DNA from: Planctomycetota bacterium
GTDB lineage: Bacteria > Planctomycetota > UBA1135 > UBA2386
Length of the DNA stretch: 64,000 bases
NCBI GenBank assembly: GCA_965228735.1
Contig: OZ245838.1
Span: 1,696,001 to 1,760,000, forward strand
Reading direction: 5' to 3'
Shown: in pieces, positions 57,344 through 64,000 of the stretch
How positions within the stretch are numbered: the stretch's first letter is position 1
How the letters are laid out: every line of letters starts with the position of its first letter
Notes under the pieces: model-generated
Told to the model about the DNA's origin: nothing
The model's database searches: none
Seen by the model: only the letters and a program-made list of their open reading frames with translations
Program-made: the position numbers and the translations under genes

Positions 57344-59394
57344 ACGACACACCGACGAATGACTCGGCGTCCGCGGCTGCGACGGCCGTCCGCGAGATCG
57401 AGAACGTCTTCATCGAGCTCGAGGACGGCACCCGGCTGGCCGCGCGGATCTGGCTGCCGGCGAACGCCGATCAACGCCCCGTGCCGGCGATCCTCGAATA
57501 CATCCCCTATCGCAAGCGCGACTTCATGCGGCTGCGGGACGAGCCGATGCACCGCTACTACGCCGCCCACGGCTACGCGGCGGTGCGCGTCGACCTGCGC
57601 GGTTCGGGGGACTCCGATGGCGTCCTCGCCGACGAGTATCTGCCCCAGGAGCAACTCGACGCCATCGCGGTGATCGAATGGCTGACGGCGCAGCCGTGGT
57701 GCGATGGCAACGTCGGAATGACGGGGATCTCGTGGGGCGGCTTCAACGCCCTGCAGGTCGCGGCGCGCCGGCCGCCGGCGTTGCAGGCGATCATCACGCT
57801 GTGCGCCAGTGACGACCGCTACGCGGACGACGCTCACTTCATGGGCGGCTGCCTGCTCAACGAGAACCAGATCTGGGGCACGGTCCTGTTCGCGCTCAAC
57901 GCACTGCCGCCCGATCCGACCGTCGTCGGCGAGCGCTGGCAGCAGCTCTGGCGCGAGCGGCTGCAGGCGAACGTGCCGTTCCCGGCGCACTGGCTGCGCC
58001 ATCAGCGTCGCGACGCGTACTGGCGACAGGGCTCCGTCTGCGAGGACTTCGACGCGATCCGATGCCCGGTGTACGCGATCGGCGGCTGGGCCGACGGGTA
58101 CTCGAACGCCATCCCGCGACTGCTCGCCGGACTCGCGGGTGAACGCAAGGGCCTGATCGGGCCGTGGGCGCACGCGTTTCCGCACAACGGGGTGCCCGGC
58201 CCCGCGATCGGCTACCTCCAGGAGGCCGTTCGCTGGTGGGACCACTGGCTCAAGGGAGTCGACACCGGGATCATGCGCGAGCCGGTGCTCCGCGCGTGGC
58301 TGCAGGACTACGACGTGCCGGAGCCGTTCCACCGCGAGCGCAGCGGCCGCTGGGTCGCCGAGTCCGCGTGGCCGAGCCCGCGGATCACGCCCCGGCGGTG
58401 GCACTTCACGGGCACCAACGCGCTGCACGCGGAAGCCGCGGATCCGGCCCAGCTGCCGATCTGCTCGCCGCAGGCGACCGGCCTCATGGGCGGCAGCTGG
58501 TGCGGCTTCGGCAGCGAGGGCGAAGCCGCGCTGGATCAGCGCAGCGATGACGGGCGCTCGCTGTGCTTCGATACCGCCCCGCTCGAGAACGACATCGAGA
58601 TCCTCGGCGCGCCGGTCGTCACGTTGCGTCTGACCAGCGACCGCCCCCTCGCGCTGGTCGCGGTCCGACTCAACGAGGTCGCCGCGGACGGCACGTCATC
58701 GCGCGTGTCCTACGGCCTGTTGAACCTCACCCACCGAAACGGGCACGAGCAGCCCGAGCGCCTGACGCCCGGCGAACCCGTCGTCGTGCGGGTCGAGTTG
58801 AACGACGTCGCGCACCGCTTCGCGGCCGGCCACGTCATCCGGGTCGCCGTCTCGACGACCTACTGGCCCATCGCCTGGCCATCGCCCGCGCCGGTCACGC
58901 TCGTGGTCGACACGGCGGGCTCGACGCTCGACCTGCCGATCCGGGAGCCGGATCCCGCGGACGCGACCCTGCCGCCGTTCGCCGCGGCCGAGTCCGCCGA
59001 TTCGAGCTCGACCCTGACCGCCCTGGTCCCGGCGGGTCTGAAGCGCTCGATCGAGCGCGACCTGCTCACGAACGAGGTCGTCTACAAGCTGATCAGCCAC
59101 GGCGGCGACCTCGATGCCGCGCTCGTGCGCATCGAGGACATCGACCTCGAGCTGAAGCACCACGTCGAACGCTACTTCCGCATCGACGAACAGGACCCGC
59201 TCAGCGCCCGCACCGAGATCGTCGAGGTGCTGCTGATGCGTCGCGAAGGCTGGGAGGTCCGCGTGCACGCCCGAACGGAGCTGCGCGCGACCGAGACGCA
59301 GTTCGTGGTCACCGCGTCGCTCCTGGCCGAACTCAACCGCGAACAGGTCTTTCAGCGGGACTGGCAGGAGCACATCGACCGCGACTTCGTGTGA
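57340..59394 (+). CDS. CocE/NonD family hydrolase (peptidase S15, PepX_C domain)
   Basis: EYIPYRKRD, VDLRGSGDSDG, GISWGG nucleophile motif, GPWAH. Confidence 0.95.
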   Translation: MNDTPTNDSASAAATAVREIENVFIELEDGTRLAARIWLPANADQRPVPAILEYIPYRKRDFMRLRDEPMHRYYAAHGYAAVRVDLRGSGDSDGVLADEYLPQEQLDAIAVIEWLTAQPWCDGNVGMTGISWGGFNALQVAARRPPALQAIITLCASDDRYADDAHFMGGCLLNENQIWGTVLFALNALPPDPTVVGERWQQLWRERLQANVPFPAHWLRHQRRDAYWRQGSVCEDFDAIRCPVYAIGGWADGYSNAIPRLLAGLAGERKGLIGPWAHAFPHNGVPGPAIGYLQEAVRWWDHWLKGVDTGIMREPVLRAWLQDYDVPEPFHRERSGRWVAESAWPSPRITPRRWHFTGTNALHAEAADPAQLPICSPQATGLMGGSWCGFGSEGEAALDQRSDDGRSLCFDTAPLENDIEILGAPVVTLRLTSDRPLALVAVRLNEVAADGTSSRVSYGLLNLTHRNGHEQPERLTPGEPVVVRVELNDVAHRFAAGHVIRVAVSTTYWPIAWPSPAPVTLVVDTAGSTLDLPIREPDPADATLPPFAAAESADSSSTLTALVPAGLKRSIERDLLTNEVVYKLISHGGDLDAALVRIEDIDLELKHHVERYFRIDEQDPLSARTEIVEVLLMRREGWEVRVHARTELRATETQFVVTASLLAELNREQVFQRDWQEHIDRDFV

Positions 59395-59411
59395 CGACCG
59401 CGCGGCGTCGT

Positions 59412-60449
59412 TCACGGCGCCGGGAACGGCAGCCCGGTGCGCTGGCCCGCCGCGTGCAGGATCGCGCCGATCAGCCAACTCTGGTCCTTGCCGACGAGCC
59501 CCGCCATGTGCGCGAGCTTGCCGTCCCAGCACCACGCGGGGTTGGGATTGATCTCCATGAGCTTGATGTTGCCGGCCGCATCCGTGCGGAAGTCGAACCG
59601 GGCGTAGTCGCGCAGTCCGAGCCGCTGGAACAAGGCCTCGCACCGAACGCGCAGCAGGTCCCGGACGTCCGCCGACAGATCCGCCTCGCGGAACCGGACG
59701 TCGCGCCAGTACGGCGACTCCGGGTCCGTCTTGGACGCGTAATCGAGCAACCGCGGCAGCGCCGGGTCGAGCGCCGAGTAGTCGACCTCGAGCGCGGGCA
59801 GCATCGCGAAGCCGTGCCCGGGATTGCCGATCAGGCCGACGCCGTACTCGGTGCCCGACAGGAACTCCTGGACGAGCACCGTCACTTCCGGCAACTGCGC
59901 GCGCAACCGCTCGACCGTCGCGCGCGCCTCGACCTCGTCGTGGACGAGGCTCTGGCCGGTGATCCCGACGCTGCCGTCGCCGCGGTTCGGCTTGATGAAC
60001 GCCGGATAGCCGACCGATCGAATCGGCTCACCGGGTGCGAGGACGATCTCGCTCGGTACCGGCACGCCGAGCGACTCGGCGACCCCGCGCACGAACGCCT
60101 TGTCGTAGCACAGGCCGAGCGGCACCGGGCCGCTGCCACTGAACGGGATGCCCAGCAACTCGAGCAATGCGGGCAAATGCAGCTCGAGCGTCGCGTCGTT
60201 CCGAAACCCGGTATCGCAGAAGTTGAGCACGAACCCCGGCGGATCGCTCTGCAGCTGCGCGAGCAGACGATCATGATCGTCACGGAACTCGAACGCGTAG
60301 CCCGGCAAGGCCGCGAGCGCGCCGCGGAGTCGTTCGACCTGCTGCAGGTCGTCCGCGGTGAACCGGCCACCGGGCTTGCTCTGATCGGGCAGTCGCGGAT
60401 CGCCGAGCAGGACCGTGATCAACGGGTTCTTCGTCGCGGCTTCGTCCAT
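59412..60449 (-). CDS. D-Ala-D-Ala ligase-like ATP-grasp protein
   Basis: LELLGIPFSGS, CYDK, FIKPNRGDGSVGI, QEFLSGTEY, YARFDFR, EINPNP. Confidence 0.9.
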   Translation of the reverse strand: MDEAATKNPLITVLLGDPRLPDQSKPGGRFTADDLQQVERLRGALAALPGYAFEFRDDHDRLLAQLQSDPPGFVLNFCDTGFRNDATLELHLPALLELLGIPFSGSGPVPLGLCYDKAFVRGVAESLGVPVPSEIVLAPGEPIRSVGYPAFIKPNRGDGSVGITGQSLVHDEVEARATVERLRAQLPEVTVLVQEFLSGTEYGVGLIGNPGHGFAMLPALEVDYSALDPALPRLLDYASKTDPESPYWRDVRFREADLSADVRDLLRVRCEALFQRLGLRDYARFDFRTDAAGNIKLMEINPNPAWCWDGKLAHMAGLVGKDQSWLIGAILHAAGQRTGLPFPAP

Positions 60450-60543
60450 CGGCAGGTGGGCTCCACTATGCCGGGCGGCGCGCGCGCGACAAGTCAGCGG
60501 ACGACGTCGTCCACTGCGCACCCAAGACGCGGGCGCCCCCCAC

Positions 60544-60948
60544 CTACCCGAGGGCTTCCTGCACCGCGGCTTCGTCGATCGAACCGCGCTGCACGAGGAA
60601 CGTCAGGAAGTCGACCGCGTTGCGCGCCTCGACGATCTTGTCGTCGCGCACCGTCGCCGAGTAGCCGAAGGTGAAGTCGATCGGGCGGCCGTTCGAGGCG
60701 CCGGTGACCCGCGCGATCCCGATCGTGCGCTCGCCCTCCTCCATGCTCTCGATCACCTCGACGCGCATGTCGTCGATCAGCCCGAGCATCTTCTGCTGGA
60801 ACGCGATGAAGTCGTCGACGGAGAACGGGCTCGTCTGACTCATCCCGTGGATCGGGCACGGGTCCGCGAGATGGCTACGGATGAACTCCGTGTCCCGCTG
60901 ATTCCAGACCTGCTCGATCCACTGCTCCATCATCGTCCTGGGTCCCAT
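60544..60948 (-). CDS. SnoaL-like/ester cyclase (NTF2 fold)
   Basis: EQVWNQR.., DMRVEVIESMEEGE, VRDDKIVE...DFLTFLVQ. Confidence 0.8.
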   Translation of the reverse strand: MGPRTMMEQWIEQVWNQRDTEFIRSHLADPCPIHGMSQTSPFSVDDFIAFQQKMLGLIDDMRVEVIESMEEGERTIGIARVTGASNGRPIDFTFGYSATVRDDKIVEARNAVDFLTFLVQRGSIDEAAVQEALG

Positions 60949-61107
60949 GCCGCGATGGTAACAGGCCGCGCGCAGGAAGCCGCGCCCCGGTGTTCGACGC
61001 TGCCAACGTCGCCCCGAAGCTCACGCCGTTCGACTCCGCCCTCGGCATCCCTCGGTCTGCCGACAACGGCCCATACCCGACCCTGGGCATCGAGCCTATG
61101 GACGGGC

Positions 61108-62034
61108 ATGGCCACCCCCGCTGACTCATCGCCACCTCGTTTCCTCGTCGCATTCGACTTCTCCCGGACAGCCGAAGCGCACGTCGCATACGCGGTACGC
61201 CTGGCCAACGCGCTCGGCGCGCAATGCACCGTGCTCCACGCCGTGCCGCCACCCGAGACCGCGGTGGTCGGCGCCGTCGACCTGATCGACGCGCCACCAG
61301 CCACCGACGTCGCGGACGTTCGGCAGAGCCTGACGACGTTCGTCGAAGGGCTGAGCGCCGACCGGCCGGTCGAGGTCGAGGTCACCACCGGCTCGTCACC
61401 GGTCACGGCGGTGCTGTATGGCGCCGAACGACTGGCCGCGGACCTCGTCGTCCTGCCCTCGCACGGGCGCTCCGGCCTGAGTCGCCTGGTGCTCGGCAGC
61501 ACGGCCGAGCAGATCATGCGCCGTTCGACCAGACCGGTGCTGCTGTTGACCGATCGCATGCTGGACAACGAGTCGGATCCGACGACCGCGAAGCGACCCG
61601 TCGTTCTGGCGACCGACCTGTCCGAGACCGCCCGCTTCGCCCACCAGCCGGCTGCCGAACTGGCGCGCCGCCTCGGGCTGCCGCTGCAGGCGCTCTCGGT
61701 CGTGTCCGCGGTCGAGCCTCTGCCCTACTCCCCCGGCGCGCCCGTCAGCCCGCCGCAACCCGATGCTGCAACGTTGATCGAACACTGGGAGGACCAGCTG
61801 CGGCAGGCGACCCGCGGCCTGGGCGGCGGTACCGACCCCGACATCCGGGTCTTGATGGACGATGACGTCGCCACGACGATCGTCGATTCAACCGCCGCGG
61901 CCAACGCGTTCCTGCTGGTGCTCGCGACGCACGGCAGGCGCGGCATCGAGCGCATGGTCCAGGGCAGCGTCGCCGAGCAGATCACGCGCAACTCGACGGT
62001 GCCGGTGATCTGCATGCCGGCCAAGACGAAGTGA
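61108..62034 (+). CDS. Universal stress protein (tandem USP)
   Basis: VAFDFS, SHGRSGLSRLVLGSTAEQI, ATDLS, THGRRG..GSVAEQI. Confidence 0.95.
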   Translation: MATPADSSPPRFLVAFDFSRTAEAHVAYAVRLANALGAQCTVLHAVPPPETAVVGAVDLIDAPPATDVADVRQSLTTFVEGLSADRPVEVEVTTGSSPVTAVLYGAERLAADLVVLPSHGRSGLSRLVLGSTAEQIMRRSTRPVLLLTDRMLDNESDPTTAKRPVVLATDLSETARFAHQPAAELARRLGLPLQALSVVSAVEPLPYSPGAPVSPPQPDAATLIEHWEDQLRQATRGLGGGTDPDIRVLMDDDVATTIVDSTAAANAFLLVLATHGRRGIERMVQGSVAEQITRNSTVPVICMPAKTK

Positions 62035-62057
62035 TCGTCGGGCGGTCCGCCGAGCGC

Positions 62058-62570
62058 CTACTGGATCGTGACCTCGAGCACGCGCGTGAACGTCGGCGTG
62101 CCGCCGTGGATCGAGAAGCCCTGGAACGCGAGGGTCGCACCCGTGAGCTGGGTCGGCAGCGTGAAGTTCTGCAGGATGCGGTCGCCGCCCGTCGCGTTGC
62201 AACTCGTCGTCGAGAGCGCCATGAGGGAGACGTCGAGCGCCGCGACGAACGTGAAGCTCGGCGCCGGGTTGAGCATCAGCGAGTTGCCGATGCCGCCGAA
62301 CGCGATCCCGGGGCACGCCGCGACCGCCGGGAAGATGCTCACCATCAACGCGCCGAGCGCGCCCGCATCGCCCTGGATCTGGTAGGTCAGCTGATCGCCG
62401 GCCGGCGCGGTCACCTGGACGACGTTCGCCGGGTCGGCGCAGTCGAAGCCGCAGCCGCCGTGGATCTGGCTGCCGGACGGGCCGGAGATGACGGACAGGA
62501 AGCCGTACTGGGCCGGGAGGGCGGCGGTGAGGGCAGCAGCAGCGAGGATCGCGAGTGGGGTCTTGCTCAT
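62058..62570 (-). CDS. Small secreted protein consisting mostly of the shared C-terminal domain
   Basis: Signal peptide..LPAQ; GGCG..; LPTQLTGATLAFQG..FTRVLEVTIQ. Confidence 0.75.
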   Translation of the reverse strand: MSKTPLAILAAAALTAALPAQYGFLSVISGPSGSQIHGGCGFDCADPANVVQVTAPAGDQLTYQIQGDAGALGALMVSIFPAVAACPGIAFGGIGNSLMLNPAPSFTFVAALDVSLMALSTTSCNATGGDRILQNFTLPTQLTGATLAFQGFSIHGGTPTFTRVLEVTIQ

Positions 62571-63033
62571 GGTTTGCGTACAGGGGTTCGAGCGAACGGC
62601 CCGGCGTTCGAGCGATCGATGATGACGCGCGAACTCGCGAAGCGATAGCCGCCACGGCTACGCCCATCGACCGACCACGGAGAACGGCCCGATCGTGGGC
62701 GCCGGGTGCACTGCCCGAAGAACGGTGGCCCGGAAGCCCCAAACCCAACGCAGAAAAAACCCGACGCAGAAAAACCACAACCTTCGCTGGCGCGCCAGGG
62801 CCCGGTCGGCGCTAGGGTTTCGCGCTGTGATCGAGCAACCGATCAAGCCCTGGCTGCTGCCCTACACCTGAAGCAGCCCCCGACCGATCCGTGGTGCAAC
62901 ACCATGGAGGGTCGGGCGGACCGGTCGGTTCCCCACGAGTCCTCTGCGGCGCTAGCCGGCGAGGACACGCGCTCTCCTGGTCGCCAGACGTCGTTGCTCC
63001 GGGTCGGTCCTCACGACTCCTCAGCAACAACCG

Positions 63034-64000
63034 ATGAAGCGACTCCTCAACGGCGCCGCCGCGACTGCCGCGGCGCTCTCTCTCTCCGCGTACACCACCG
63101 CCCAGCAGTGCTACTCGCCGCAGAACCGCTGCTTCTCGTTCGCATCTCCCGGTGAAGAGGTCGAACGGCTCGACACCGGCCTGACGCTGCGATCCGATCA
63201 GCTGCGTATTACGGGCGACACCCGCCTGCGTTCCCGATTCGCCGAAACGCCGACGGACGCGCCGTACAACGCCAACGACAACCACAGCACGCGCACGCGC
63301 GTGCAGCTCGACTACACGGTCAACGACTGGGCGCGGGCGTTCGTGGAGTTCAACTACTCCGAGGTCTGGGCCGGCGCCGAGGGCTACTCCGACGCAGCGC
63401 CGTTCCAGAACGGCGCCAACGGCATCCTGTCGCGGCAGAACTTCAACGGCATCGCGCAGGCCTACATGCAGCTCGACGACGCGTTCGGGCTCGGCGAGAG
63501 CATCCGGATCGGCCGCAGCAACTACTTCCTCGCGAACGGCATGATCCTCGGGTCGTGCGACTTCCTGCAGTACCCGGGCGCCTTCACGGGTATCTGGGTC
63601 TCGCGCGGCTTCGGCGACGCCGGCTTCGAGGACGAAACGCCCTTGATCGAGGCCGAGGTCTTCGCGTTCGACAACTACGGTCCGCTGCAGAGCCAGCTGA
63701 CGGGCGGCGGCGAGCGCTACGCCGGCGCCACGGCGCGCTGGAACGCGTCCGAGAACGGTCCGATCGAGACGCTCAACGTCTACTACATGACGGGCACCAA
63801 CGACGCCGACGTGCGCCGCAACAGCGAGGACTGGTGGGCCGGCATCGAGGGCGTGGGCCACATCACGAAGAACCTCCGGTGGGAAGCCCAGTTCGCCAAC
63901 CGCGGCGTCGACATGGGTGCCGACGTGTCGGCCTACCGCGCGAGTTTGATCTACGAGTTCGACGAGCCGGCCGGCGGCTTCCTGCGCAACGTCTCGTTCA
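63034..64000 (+). CDS. Outer-membrane beta-barrel protein, alginate-export/porin-like, 3'-partial
   Basis: Not in the ORF track because it has no stop. Translates MKRLLNGAAATAAALSLSAY..., RITGDTRLR, RTRVQLDY, IAQAYMQL, IRIGRSNYFLANGMILG. Confidence 0.75.
   Translation, partial: MKRLLNGAAATAAALSLSAYTTAQQCYSPQNRCFSFASPGEEVERLDTGLTLRSDQLRITGDTRLRSRFAETPTDAPYNANDNHSTRTRVQLDYTVNDWARAFVEFNYSEVWAGAEGYSDAAPFQNGANGILSRQNFNGIAQAYMQLDDAFGLGESIRIGRSNYFLANGMILGSCDFLQYPGAFTGIWVSRGFGDAGFEDETPLIEAEVFAFDNYGPLQSQLTGGGERYAGATARWNASENGPIETLNVYYMTGTNDADVRRNSEDWWAGIEGVGHITKNLRWEAQFANRGVDMGADVSAYRASLIYEFDEPAGGFLRNVSF

Noticed and set aside
59412..60449. Housekeeping ddl or van-type resistance ligase
   Set aside because: Lacks the N-terminal GGxSxEH and LHG motifs and any cell-wall or van gene context; called Ddl-like only.
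889..63861. Numerous long Arg/Ala/Pro-rich alternative-frame and antisense ORFs in the track
   Set aside because: Typical stop-poor shadows in high-GC DNA; they overlap well-supported genes and lack recognisable motifs.

Overview
High-GC bacterial DNA, most likely Planctomycetota. This is inferred from the DUF1549/DUF1553 + DUF1501 pair, a prenyltransferase-repeat protein and an ECF sigma factor with a long C-terminal extension. Left part (1-24.5 kb): a sugar ABC transporter/SDR operon, planctomycete signature genes, glycosylation genes, a 7x Big_2 Ig-repeat lipoprotein and a membrane-anchored ECF fusion. Centre: a ~19.4 kb copper-resistance island integrated at tRNA-Pro(TGG), bounded by a degenerate 45-bp att repeat (24636-24680 / 44073-44117), with only an N-terminal integrase-like remnant left. 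Cargo: copZ, copA, a CorE-like Cys-tailed ECF sigma with three matching GTAA-N17-CGTC promoter motifs, a triple YHS-like protein, two convergent copies of a 'DHPAS' lipoprotein-TolC-two-domain multicopper oxidase cassette (one interrupted by a CTAG-flanked MITE-like hairpin), cusCBA, and a Cys-rich leader-type ORF. Right part: an ECF sigma/anti-sigma/CHAT protease locus, yghU, an ATP-grasp + CocE/NonD pair, a Ddl-like ligase, a USP and a partial outer-membrane barrel. Four unrelated secreted proteins across the window share a similar C-terminal domain, a candidate lineage-specific sorting or anchoring signal. All calls come from motif recognition by eye; no database search was run. Several start codons are my choice rather than the ORF track's.
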